Positions 30,496 to 40,120 of a stretch of DNA of 64,000 nt are shown in pieces; positions within the stretch are counted from its first letter, which is position 1, and each line of letters begins with the position of its first letter. The translations under genes were made by a program, and so were the position numbers. This stretch comes from Pseudomonadota bacterium (GTDB taxonomy: Bacteria; Bdellovibrionota_B; Oligoflexia; Silvanigrellales; Silvanigrellaceae). Under the pieces are notes generated by a model. It searched no databases. It saw only the letters and a list, made by a program, of their open reading frames with translations, and was not told the origin of the DNA. The DNA is taken from contig JBDLRP010000021.1 in the NCBI GenBank assembly GCA_039799905.1, positions 192,001-256,000 on the forward strand, given 5' to 3'.

Positions 30496-31740
30496 ATGTA
30501 TTGCAGATCCAAACACGTCGCTCTCTGCGCATTGATCCTTTCTGCGCTGCTGAACTTCTCAACGGCTGAAGCGCAATGGCCGTCCGGTGGAAACACGAAA
30601 AGCGCCCCCGCCGCAAAGCCTGCCGAGCCTGTGACGCAAAAGCAGGAAACAACAAAGTCTTCGACACAGACAATACGGAAAGTCATTCGCAGCAACGAAA
30701 AATCCCTTCTCGAAGAGATGGGAACGAGCCTCATCTTTTCCGCCGATATGGGCTTGATAACAGGCTTTCCTTCAACACAACTCGCAAACTACGGAACAAA
30801 AACAGGACTGGCTATTGAAGGTAAAGCGCTCGGCAGCGTGCTGCTCGACAATTTTATTTTGGACGCCGGACTCGGATGGTTTTTTTACAGCGTGAGCGGA
30901 GACGAACCCGTTTTTGTCGATGGCTCGAAAATTTTTGACGAAGCGGGACAAGTTGTAACTGACGACACCGGCATTAAATTATCAGGTACGATTATCGAAA
31001 TGTCGCCGAGTTATCGAATCAGGCAAAATTACTTCGCCGGTCCGACCCTGCAGATCCGCTACCCCTCCGACCTTGGCTATGACAGCCTGATTGCCCGCAA
31101 CGCACTGGGTTTATATTTTGGCGCTCAGGGTGGCTATCAGATGTTCGACGAAGACCTCAACACGCGCTTCGTCGGTCGAATCATGCTACCCATCAACTAC
31201 AAGGATTGGCTTGGGCTTATGTTCATGGCAGGAGTCCAAATTGGCCTTCCGTTCTCCCAGCCCGACAATCTGATCGTTCAGGAGTCGACGATCAAAACAA
31301 GCGAAAAGCGAATCGTCGAATACAAAAAAAAGGTCTACAAGTTCAAAGTTGTGCGTGACGTCATAAAACTCGTGCTGGATGACTTGGTTGTGTTCTATCC
31401 AGAGCCCGGATTCCCGACACTAACGACCGAATCGCAAAGCTTCCTGATTGATTTGAGCAATTCTTTGTCTCAGACAGAAAATGAATGGGGCAATCTTCAA
31501 GTCGACACTGTGACAAAAGACCACGGTCAGGTGATTCGCGACGCACTCGTCTCGGCAGGTATAAACGACAAGAAGGTCAAAGTAGGTCCAGCCTTGGGAG
31601 GCGACAAAGAGTCGGCAACTCCGCCGGTCGAATTCACTTTCAAGAACGTCAAACAGCCACAAAAGCTCATGGACGCAGTGAGACAGGCGATGAGTTCAAT
31701 GTCGATTCCGGAAACCTGCGAGGGCGGCGAATGCCAGTAG
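30496..31740 (+). CDS. Paralogous outer-membrane protein with a degenerate OmpA-like C-terminal domain
   Basis: Signal peptide; ADMGL / LDAGLGWFF barrel strands parallel the upstream gene; GAGG before ATG 30496. Confidence 0.7.
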   Translation: MYCRSKHVALCALILSALLNFSTAEAQWPSGGNTKSAPAAKPAEPVTQKQETTKSSTQTIRKVIRSNEKSLLEEMGTSLIFSADMGLITGFPSTQLANYGTKTGLAIEGKALGSVLLDNFILDAGLGWFFYSVSGDEPVFVDGSKIFDEAGQVVTDDTGIKLSGTIIEMSPSYRIRQNYFAGPTLQIRYPSDLGYDSLIARNALGLYFGAQGGYQMFDEDLNTRFVGRIMLPINYKDWLGLMFMAGVQIGLPFSQPDNLIVQESTIKTSEKRIVEYKKKVYKFKVVRDVIKLVLDDLVVFYPEPGFPTLTTESQSFLIDLSNSLSQTENEWGNLQVDTVTKDHGQVIRDALVSAGINDKKVKVGPALGGDKESATPPVEFTFKNVKQPQKLMDAVRQAMSSMSIPETCEGGECQ

Positions 31741-31743
31741 AAA

Positions 31744-31819
31744 TGGAGCTGCGTAAGGGAATTGAACCCCCAACCGGTTGATTACAAATCAACTGCTCTA
31801 CCAATTGAGCTAACGCAGC
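31744..31819 (-). tRNA. tRNA-Thr (anticodon UGU)
   Basis: Reverse complement GCTGCGTTAGCTCAATTGGTAGAGCAGTTGATTTGTAATCAACCGGTTGGGGGTTCAATTCCCTTACGCAGCTCCA folds as a cloverleaf. Confidence 0.96.
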
Positions 31820-31928
31820 GGCCGGAGCGGAGATAGTTCACTGCTGCAGGGCTTGTCAAGTATTCAACATCTTCATGAATCGCTCCAATGTTACGCTTAG
31901 GGCAGAACGCGTCAGAGGAGGCGAAGCC

Positions 31929-32351
31929 ATGAGCAGGCAAGCGAACCGTTGCAGTGCAAAAATGTTAGCAACCCTCGGAGCTTGTGTAGCGTTGATACCT
32001 GCGACAGCCGGCAAGGCAAATGCGCAAGGTATAATAAATACTGAACAATATCAGGAATTATTCATAAATGCCGGTTATAGCGCGCTTTTTGGTGCGGCGC
32101 TCGGAACCGCCGTACTCCCATTCCTGCCCTCAAGTTCAATCTCGAACCTGCGCGTGATTGCCGGAGGGGCTTCAATTGGCTTTGTCGCTGGGAGCATTAT
32201 GGCTCTCTACAATTTGAGACAGCAGCAAAATTACGGAATGCAATACTACCCAGAAGTTGCTCCTGAGGCCGACGGTGCGGGGCAATGGCAATGGGACATC
32301 GGCAGCTCGACCGGAAAAGATGTCTTCGTAAAGATGGACTCACGCTTTTGA
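31929..32351 (+). CDS. Exported/membrane hypothetical protein with glycine-rich helices
   Basis: GAGGAGG RBS, signal peptide (ANA-Q), GAALG and GGASIG hydrophobic helices. Confidence 0.7.
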   Translation: MSRQANRCSAKMLATLGACVALIPATAGKANAQGIINTEQYQELFINAGYSALFGAALGTAVLPFLPSSSISNLRVIAGGASIGFVAGSIMALYNLRQQQNYGMQYYPEVAPEADGAGQWQWDIGSSTGKDVFVKMDSRF

Positions 32352-32419
32352 GCTGCTTTTAAACGGCAACTTGGTCTGCTAAACGTTCTCCTTGAAAAAA
32401 AACAACGCGGGGAACTTCC

Positions 32420-33517
32420 ATGACAACCCACTATTTCAGCCCTGGACCGGCATCACTGCCATCGGCAGTGCGTGAACTCATTCGCCACGAATTGCTTGAC
32501 ACCTTTGGAATCGGCGTCAGCGTCATGGAAATCTCGCACCGCTCGAAACACTATGAAGCCCTCAATGACGAAACTCTTCGATTGGCGCGCGATATTCTTG
32601 AAGTACCCGCGTCCCACAAATTGTTGCTGACGCCATTCGGGGCTCAGCAGCACTTTTCCCTGCTGCTAAACCATCTGTCTCTTCCCAACGACACTGTCGC
32701 CTACACGGAAACAGGCGTCTGGGCTCACTTGGCAACACTTGACGCGCAGGCAGCAGGCCGCAATGTGGCGGTTGTCTTTGACGGTGGTCCAAAGCTCGAC
32801 TCGCTCGGTGAGCCTGCCCAATGGCAAATTCCACAGAACTCAAAATACCTTCACCTGACCGTGAACAACACGGTCGAGGGGACCGAATATCAGACGCTTG
32901 ATTTTGCCGGCAATACGCCACTTGTACTCGATATGACGAGCGCGCTTGCTTCACGACGCGACATCCCGTGGGACAAGACAGCCCTGATATACGCAAGTGC
33001 ACAAAAAAACTTTGGTATCGCCGGTTGTTCGATTGTCATCATCCACAACGATTACTTTGAGCGCGCGCGCGAAACTGCAAAGAAAAACAATCTCGGCAAC
33101 GCTCTCAATTACTGCTCAATTTTCGATGCAAAAAGTATTTTAAACACCCCTCCGGTTTTCCCGATCTACGTTTGCAACCGGTACTTCCACTGGATGAAGT
33201 CGGTCGGCGGAGTGGAGACCATGGAAAGGTGGGCGCAGGAGCGCGCGCGGCTGGTATACTCGGAGCTAGATGGAGAGTTCTACAAAGGCCATGCGGTCAC
33301 CAACAATCGTTCACGGCATAATTTTGTGTTCAAACTGCCAACACCGGAGCTCGACGCCCTGTTCATAGCAGAGGCTCAGAAGGAAGGAATTCTCGAGGTC
33401 AAGGGCTACCGCACACTCGGCGGTATCCGCGCATCGATGTACAATGGCATCAGCATTGAATCAGCAAACTTCTTTGCACATTTTATGCGCCATTTCAGAA
33501 AGAAACACGGTTCATAA
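32420..33517 (+). CDS. serC: Phosphoserine aminotransferase
   Basis: FSPGPASLP, SVMEISHRS, NNTVEG, DMTS, AQKNFG, NTPP and GGIRASMYN motifs. Confidence 0.93.
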   Translation: MTTHYFSPGPASLPSAVRELIRHELLDTFGIGVSVMEISHRSKHYEALNDETLRLARDILEVPASHKLLLTPFGAQQHFSLLLNHLSLPNDTVAYTETGVWAHLATLDAQAAGRNVAVVFDGGPKLDSLGEPAQWQIPQNSKYLHLTVNNTVEGTEYQTLDFAGNTPLVLDMTSALASRRDIPWDKTALIYASAQKNFGIAGCSIVIIHNDYFERARETAKKNNLGNALNYCSIFDAKSILNTPPVFPIYVCNRYFHWMKSVGGVETMERWAQERARLVYSELDGEFYKGHAVTNNRSRHNFVFKLPTPELDALFIAEAQKEGILEVKGYRTLGGIRASMYNGISIESANFFAHFMRHFRKKHGS

Positions 33518-33518
33518 A

Positions 33519-33833
33519 ATGAAGGGCAGCCTGCGCAACGTTCGCTCCGAAATCCGGCTCGCATTCCACGAATGGAGAGGCCTGCTCGGAGAATCCCTCA
33601 GTTATGAACTGCAAAAACGGGTGATTGATTCGCAAATACTCGGACCCGCCCACTCCTCTTTGCGCATGATCGAGGAAAACGTCAAACAGATCGCATCGCG
33701 AGGCTTTGCAGCTCGCGTGAAGCTCACTAGGATCATGGTGAGGATGACTTCAGCCGCGCTGAACAACAACAGAGAAGCTCTGCAGCTCGCCCTGAATGAC
33801 TTGATCGAACTCGGAAAGAAGGTCTCACAGTGA
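33519..33833 (+). CDS. Small helical hypothetical protein
   Basis: ATG immediately after the serC stop; GTGA overlap with the next gene. Confidence 0.55.
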   Translation: MKGSLRNVRSEIRLAFHEWRGLLGESLSYELQKRVIDSQILGPAHSSLRMIEENVKQIASRGFAARVKLTRIMVRMTSAALNNNREALQLALNDLIELGKKVSQ

Positions 33834-34624
33834 TGCAGGACAGCACCCGCGTGAAAAAAACTGCTGAGTCAGCTCACGACGCAGGAACGGACAAAAAACG
33901 CGGGGCCGCGTTCAAGCCCGTTCCCGCCAGCATAAAACTCGATTTGTTCGGCGATTTATTGAAGTTTTCCAAGAAGTCCTCTGCGGTCGTTTCATTCCGA
34001 AAATTCGACCAATTGGCAGTTTTTCTCGCACAAAAACCCAGAGAAGAGCGAATACTCATTTATAAAATGTTTTGCGGCCTCAGCCTGACGGCGCACGCAC
34101 GGCGGACACCTGAAACTGCCGAGAGAAAGAAAATATTTGACCTGAAAAACAAGCTGTTCATCTCGATTGCAAATGATCCGAACATGCGAAAAATGACCAA
34201 TCTGCGCATCGGTGTCAGCAAGCGTTTCAAAGTCATTTCCTATTGCGCCGAATGCACAGAGAAAAATACAAACGAAAAAATCCCGGCTCGCGAATGGAAA
34301 TTCTGCCACAAATGCAAAATTGATAGAAACTATTACAACATAATCAGCATGCAGCATAAATTCAGTGAAGGTTCAGCGGCGTTATTTTTAGGCCAAGAAC
34401 ACCTTGAATCGCTTCATTTTCACAAAATGATAAAAAAAGTTCCTCTAGCACAGATTGTTGAGGAAATGAGTTTTGCGAAATACAAATTTTCGCCCAAAAC
34501 CCTCATTTCAATTGAAATTGAAAGTCTTCGGCAAACCGCACTCAAGCTTCTCGAGCTGAGTGTCAAAATCTCCGGACCGACTCCTCAGCCCCGAATTGAC
34601 GGCCCCAAACCGGTAAAGAGGTGA
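33830..34624 (+). CDS. Basic hypothetical protein with CxxC...CxxC motif
   Basis: Lys-rich; YCAEC and FCHKC pairs. Confidence 0.7.
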   Translation: MMQDSTRVKKTAESAHDAGTDKKRGAAFKPVPASIKLDLFGDLLKFSKKSSAVVSFRKFDQLAVFLAQKPREERILIYKMFCGLSLTAHARRTPETAERKKIFDLKNKLFISIANDPNMRKMTNLRIGVSKRFKVISYCAECTEKNTNEKIPAREWKFCHKCKIDRNYYNIISMQHKFSEGSAALFLGQEHLESLHFHKMIKKVPLAQIVEEMSFAKYKFSPKTLISIEIESLRQTALKLLELSVKISGPTPQPRIDGPKPVKR

Positions 34625-34630
34625 ATTGCT

Positions 34631-35749
34631 ATGGCAAGTCCGGCCGCCCTGATGCTCGCGTTTTCGCCCTTTTCAGGTGATGCATCGCCAACATCAATGG
34701 GACTTGGACACGAACAGTTGATTCAGACTGAAAATGCCTGTGGAGCCTTTTGCCTCAGTTCAGCAAACGTTCAATTCGACAACACGATGCACGCGAGTTT
34801 TTCGCAGGCTCAGGCTCCGCAAAAGAAGGCATTGACTGATGCGTCTGTTGCAGCAAATCCGATCGACGTGACGACCTACAATGTGAGTTGGCACCCTTTC
34901 TATGACGCTGTTGTCTCGACAGGATATCGAACGACAGTCCGAAGCGCCGAACGATCGACGGCCGGCAAGGTTGTCAAAAGAATGCACGCCTCGACCCAAG
35001 AGATTCCCGTTTCCGTCGCTGCCCGCCCGTTTGAGGGTTTCTCAATCGGCGGACGTTTTGTGATCCGAAATATTGAACTCAAACAGGAGACCTCGGCTGG
35101 TGCGCTGGGCAAGTCCGATTCGCACACGGTGACGGCAAATCGCTGGTCAGCGGATGCGCTGTGGCAAAGAAGCGAATCGACGGGATATGGAATTTCCTAT
35201 ATTTTCCCGACACTGAATCAGATGACTGCAAAGAGCCCAAACTCTGGGACGCTCACCTCAGTTGCCACTCCACAATGGACCGACCCACAGGAGTTTTCGT
35301 TCTCGCTTGCGCAATTTTCCAGCATCACTCCTCCACCGGGTGTCACTTTCGGCCCGTTTGAAAATGTTTTTCACGCATCCATTTCCGCTGTCACCTGGGA
35401 AACCGGAAGTCCGACAACTTATGCCGCACTTGTCACAACGAACGTTGGAAAAGACGGATGGAATCTGAACGACACCTCCGGCCAGACGAATGAGTACGTC
35501 TTCGACACGCTCGATCCGAGCCTTTCGGCAAGTGTGGGTCTCGAAAGCACATGGATGCGTGCAGCATTGGGAAGCATTTCAACCATGACGCACATCAGGC
35601 TGAATCACCTTGCCGCAAAAACCAATTCCACCGGCTGGCAGGGAGGTTTTGGAATCAGTCTGTCGACCCCATATGTTTCGCTGCAAGCAGCGACTCTGTT
35701 GCGGGACGAAGACGCAGGTTATGCTTTCGCACTTTCCTCATCGTTTTGA
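34631..35749 (+). CDS. Hypothetical protein, probable outer-membrane beta-barrel
   Basis: Ser/Thr-rich amphipathic strands, terminal Phe (YAFALSSSF). Confidence 0.55.
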   Translation: MASPAALMLAFSPFSGDASPTSMGLGHEQLIQTENACGAFCLSSANVQFDNTMHASFSQAQAPQKKALTDASVAANPIDVTTYNVSWHPFYDAVVSTGYRTTVRSAERSTAGKVVKRMHASTQEIPVSVAARPFEGFSIGGRFVIRNIELKQETSAGALGKSDSHTVTANRWSADALWQRSESTGYGISYIFPTLNQMTAKSPNSGTLTSVATPQWTDPQEFSFSLAQFSSITPPPGVTFGPFENVFHASISAVTWETGSPTTYAALVTTNVGKDGWNLNDTSGQTNEYVFDTLDPSLSASVGLESTWMRAALGSISTMTHIRLNHLAAKTNSTGWQGGFGISLSTPYVSLQAATLLRDEDAGYAFALSSSF

Positions 35750-35873
35750 ATCATCCCAAAATAAGCCGAGTAGCCCGCCACAGGAAATCTATAACGTCAT
35801 TTCACGCACAAGCACTTCACGACAAACGAATGATTATTCCCTAGAATCAAGCTGAACAACGGAGTCAGCGCAG

Positions 35874-38387
35874 ATGTTCAAAAAAATCTTGTTGATAGCC
35901 TTCCTCGGAAGTGCGGTTGTCGTTGTTGCGACTTCCGCGGCCGGCGGAATCTACGTCTACAAATACGTTGAAAAAGTCGAAAAGACTTTGCCGGCTGTGG
36001 ATGTACTCAAAACCTATTCGCCCGCAGTTCCGACGCAGATCTACAGCAGCGAAGGAACAAAAATCGGCGAGCTTTTTGAAGAAAAAAGATATCCCGTTGA
36101 GCTTTCGGACATTTCTCCGCTATTGGTCAAAAGCTTTTTGGCCTCGGAAGATGCTCGCTTCTACGAACACTCGGGAATCGACCCGCAGGGACTCATGCGC
36201 GCAGCGATCTCCCATTTTCTCAAATCCGGCCCGAAGCAGGGTGGCAGTACAATCACCCAGCAGTTGGCAAAGAATGTCCTGCTGACACGTGAGCGGACCA
36301 TTGAACGCAAGGTTAAAGACATCCTTCTTGCGCTGAAAATTGAAAAAGCCTTCAGCAAAAACGAAATTATTGAAATGTATCTGAATACAATTTTTCTCGG
36401 CAACAACTCCTATGGAGTGGAAGCAGCCGCGCGCAATTACTTCCGCAAATCATCAAAGAAGTTGAAATTGGCTGAAGCTGCGATGATCGCAGGTCTGGCA
36501 CCTGCGCCTTCCGTTTATGCTCCGACTGAAAATTTTGACAAAGCAAAGGCCAGACAGAAATTTGTGCTCGACCGCATGGTGCAAAATGGCTGGGCCAGCA
36601 AAAGCGATGCAGATGCGGCCTATGCCGAACCGCTGAGCGTGCATTTTGCGGAAACACCTAACACGCGCTCTGCTCCCTACTTTCTCATGGAAGTCAAAAA
36701 ACAGCTGGAAACGTCGCTCAAGCTGCCCGACCTGCTCACTTCCGGTTACAAAGTTCAAACTTCCCTGAATCTGCAGCTGCAGAAATTCGCCCAAAAAATC
36801 GTATCCGGTTACCTTGAGCAATTTGAGACGAAGAAGGCTTTTCGCAAACCCATCCAAAAGCATGGCGCACAATATCAGACGGCGTTGGACAAACTGGCCC
36901 GCAGCGGCTGGTCGCCTGAAGAAGAAGAGGACATGCGTGGAATCATCATTGACCTCAACCCTTCTCTCGACGTGGCGCTCATCGCGACACAAACAGGTGT
37001 CGGCTTTTTGCTGGCTGAGGACCACCGCTGGGCATTGCGCGCGGCTGCAAGTAAGAAATCCAGCAACATAATGGACTTCGCAGATGTTCTTGCTATCGGC
37101 GACGAAGTTCACATAAAAAAAGTTGACTCGAGAGCTCCGAAAAGATTGGGCAAGACGGCCCGCTTTTTTGCCGAGCATGGCGAGACTCTCAAGTTATTCG
37201 GTGTGACGGAAGAAACAGTTCAACCTGCCTTTTACCAACTGACCGACACAGAGGGCATCGAGGCCGCAGCGGTCGTTATGGACGCGCAATCAGGCGACAT
37301 CCTGTCGATGGTCGGTGGAAGCGGATTTCAAAACAGCCAATTCAACAGAGTCACGCAGGCTTTGCGGCAGGTCGGAAGCAGCGTCAAACCGCTCTACTAC
37401 GGCCTCGCCCTGGATCATGGTTTTTCGCCAGCCTCTCGCATCGACAGTCCCCCTATCGTCATCGGTGACTGGAAGCCCGAGAACTATGACAAGGAATTCA
37501 CAGGCAGAACAAATTTCCGAACCTCAATGGTTCACTCCTACAACATCAGCAGCATCCAGCTCTTCAAAGCACTCGGACTTAGCCTCAGCGGTGAACATTT
37601 TAAAAGACTTGGTTTGCCTTGGGATGACGTCAATCTGGCTCATGCTCTAGGTGCGGGTTCGGCAACGGTTCTGCAAATGACTCAGGCGTATTCTCCCTTC
37701 GCCAATTCAGGCCGTCTGACAGAAGCGCGCTACATCAAGTCTATCGAAAATCGCAGCGGCGAAGTGATTGTCAATGGCAACGATCGCAGGCTTCTCGCCG
37801 CTCCAGTCCGACGAAATGCAGCAGCGCAGACTGACGCTGTTCAGGACTCACTGCAGGTGCTGTCCCCGGCCGCCTCGTACGTCATGGTACGCGTGATGCA
37901 GGACGTCATACGCTTTGGAACCGGAACTCGCGCGCAGGGCATCCCACATGCAGCGGGCAAGACAGGAACGACCAACGGTTACACGGATGCTTGGTTCATT
38001 GGCGTCACACCACGGCTCGTCTGTGCCGTTTGGGTTGGATTTGACGATGCGCGTAAAAGTCTCGGAACAGAAGGCTCCGGTGGTAAAATGGCGGCCTCGC
38101 TCTGGAAACAAATCATGGAGGGGGCAATCAAATTGTATCCCTCTTCCGAATGGAGCATTCCACCGAACATCGTCAGCGTACGTGTCGGGTTTGGCGGAGA
38201 ACGCGCAGGCACTGGCGGGATTGTGATGCCGGCCGTTGCAGGAAGCGAACCAGGGAGCCCACGCGCGCGCGATGCACTGGGACTTGATTTGGGCTCACCT
38301 TTCACCGGAGCAGCACCGGATTCAGCAGAGAACGAACCGAAAGCAGAAAATCACGACGACAGCACATCCCTCAGAAGAATGTTCTGA
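35874..38387 (+). CDS. Class A penicillin-binding protein (PBP1A family)
   Basis: Transglycosylase EDARFYEHSG, GGSTITQQLAKN, YLN; transpeptidase SSVK, SYN, KTG. Confidence 0.93.
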   Translation: MFKKILLIAFLGSAVVVVATSAAGGIYVYKYVEKVEKTLPAVDVLKTYSPAVPTQIYSSEGTKIGELFEEKRYPVELSDISPLLVKSFLASEDARFYEHSGIDPQGLMRAAISHFLKSGPKQGGSTITQQLAKNVLLTRERTIERKVKDILLALKIEKAFSKNEIIEMYLNTIFLGNNSYGVEAAARNYFRKSSKKLKLAEAAMIAGLAPAPSVYAPTENFDKAKARQKFVLDRMVQNGWASKSDADAAYAEPLSVHFAETPNTRSAPYFLMEVKKQLETSLKLPDLLTSGYKVQTSLNLQLQKFAQKIVSGYLEQFETKKAFRKPIQKHGAQYQTALDKLARSGWSPEEEEDMRGIIIDLNPSLDVALIATQTGVGFLLAEDHRWALRAAASKKSSNIMDFADVLAIGDEVHIKKVDSRAPKRLGKTARFFAEHGETLKLFGVTEETVQPAFYQLTDTEGIEAAAVVMDAQSGDILSMVGGSGFQNSQFNRVTQALRQVGSSVKPLYYGLALDHGFSPASRIDSPPIVIGDWKPENYDKEFTGRTNFRTSMVHSYNISSIQLFKALGLSLSGEHFKRLGLPWDDVNLAHALGAGSATVLQMTQAYSPFANSGRLTEARYIKSIENRSGEVIVNGNDRRLLAAPVRRNAAAQTDAVQDSLQVLSPAASYVMVRVMQDVIRFGTGTRAQGIPHAAGKTGTTNGYTDAWFIGVTPRLVCAVWVGFDDARKSLGTEGSGGKMAASLWKQIMEGAIKLYPSSEWSIPPNIVSVRVGFGGERAGTGGIVMPAVAGSEPGSPRARDALGLDLGSPFTGAAPDSAENEPKAENHDDSTSLRRMF

Positions 38388-38395
38388 GGCTTCTA

Positions 38396-39952
38396 TCAAG
38401 CCTTCCCGCCGGTGCCGCCACCCTGAATCACTTTGGACAAATCTTCGACCAGCGTCTTGAGTTGCTCGGCCTGAACTTGCAGCTTCTCAGAAGCCTGCGC
38501 CGACGAGTCGGCTGACATGGCATTGTTCTGGGTCGTTTGGTCGAGCTGATTCAGCGCGCTGCTGATTTCGGAAATTCCCTGCACCTGCTCCTCGCTTGCT
38601 GAGGAAATCGAACTTGTCACTTCATTCACTTTGCTGATGGCCTCGATGATTGAATCGAAGACTTTGCCGGCGCTGTCGGCAAGGCGTGCGCCCTGCTCTG
38701 CAGTTTCGGTGCTCTCGGAGATCAGCTTGGTGATGTCAGTCGCTGCTGCAGACGTTCTTTGTGCAAGTGTTCGCACAGCATCGGCAACCACGGCGAAGCC
38801 CTTGCCCTGCTCACCCGCTCTCGCAGCTTCGACGGCCGCATTCAGAGCCAACAGGTTTGTTTGGAAGGCAATATCGTTGATGAGGCTGGTAATCTCCCCG
38901 ACGCGCCGAGAGCCTTTGTGAATTTCACCCATTGAGGAAATCAGCTCGCGGATTTCCTTTTGTCCTTGCCGTGCGGTTGTCTCGGCAGACTGTGCGACCT
39001 CGGCGCCTTGCCGTGCGCTCTCGGAATTCTGCGAAACAATCCGCGAGAGCGCCTCGATAGCAGCCACAGTTTCTTCGAGCGACGCAGCAGCTTCGTTTGC
39101 AGCAGATGCAACACTCGAGCTGACCTCGTTCATCTGCCGGCTTGCTTCCGCAATTTCCTCACCCGATGAACCCAAGGAGCGCGACACACTCCAAAGTTTG
39201 TTCATCGGTGTCCTCACCAAAAAGAGGCCGATGATGAGTGCAAGGGAGGTAAACACCGCCCCACCCATCGCAATGTTGCGCGTGGTCACTGCGGTAATTT
39301 CATCAACATGCTTCATGTTGAGGGTAACAGTATAAGCGCCGCGGAGCGTGCCATTTTTGAGGTCTTCCATTGGATAACCAAGGATGTCCTTGCCATTGTT
39401 ATAAGGGCTCGTCGACGGATGCCCATGACACAGTAAGCACCCCTGCTTTTCTTGGATACGAACCGGACGAGTCATGCTGAAGAACTTGCCGTCTGGTGAT
39501 TTTTCTACGACCTCTTTCAAAAACGGGTCCTGCTCGAAAGTACGCAGCACTTCCATTTCCTCTGGTGAAGCCTTGTGCTCTTCACGGCGGGGTGAGTCTG
39601 AAAATATGCGGAACTTGTATCCGTCAGTCTTTTCGCCTGAGTATCCCATGCTGAAAAGCACATAGACAGGGACGGCCTTGAGAAGTTTTTCCTTATGTTC
39701 CTTTGGCAGATTGCCGTCTGGGAACTTGGTTTTCGTCTGTTCGATGAGTTCCGACAAGACGCCCATCTCGCCCACATAATTCTGTGCCTCTTCAATGCGC
39801 GAGAGGATGGCACCGGACTTCTCCAACAGTGCCTGCTCGGCGTTGTCGTGAACCAAATAACGAGCAACAAAAATCGCTGAGAGTGTGCACAAAACACACG
39901 ATGCGAAGATGACACTCAAAACTTTGGTGCGAAAAGTCAGTTTCATTTCCAA
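38396..39952 (-). CDS. Methyl-accepting chemotaxis protein with a periplasmic heme-c (DUF3365/Tll0287-like) sensor
   Basis: Two TMs flanking [35 protein letters not shown] signalling tip. Confidence 0.9.
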   Translation of the reverse strand: MEMKLTFRTKVLSVIFASCVLCTLSAIFVARYLVHDNAEQALLEKSGAILSRIEEAQNYVGEMGVLSELIEQTKTKFPDGNLPKEHKEKLLKAVPVYVLFSMGYSGEKTDGYKFRIFSDSPRREEHKASPEEMEVLRTFEQDPFLKEVVEKSPDGKFFSMTRPVRIQEKQGCLLCHGHPSTSPYNNGKDILGYPMEDLKNGTLRGAYTVTLNMKHVDEITAVTTRNIAMGGAVFTSLALIIGLFLVRTPMNKLWSVSRSLGSSGEEIAEASRQMNEVSSSVASAANEAAASLEETVAAIEALSRIVSQNSESARQGAEVAQSAETTARQGQKEIRELISSMGEIHKGSRRVGEITSLINDIAFQTNLLALNAAVEAARAGEQGKGFAVVADAVRTLAQRTSAAATDITKLISESTETAEQGARLADSAGKVFDSIIEAISKVNEVTSSISSASEEQVQGISEISSALNQLDQTTQNNAMSADSSAQASEKLQVQAEQLKTLVEDLSKVIQGGGTGGKA

Positions 39953-40120
39953 ACCTCGGACTAATGGCGAATCTACAAACTAATATCCGACACATTGAGT
40001 GTAACAACGGACAGTTGAGTTCAAAAGACGCCATTCTCGTCGACCGCCAAAATTACCCGCACTTTTGTTTTTAGTCTTCAACGCATGGCATAACTGCCAT
40101 TGGCAACCGCGAGGATCACC

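Noticed and set aside
28809..31819. Genomic island at the tRNAs
   Set aside because: No duplicated tRNA 3' end, integrase or evident compositional shift.
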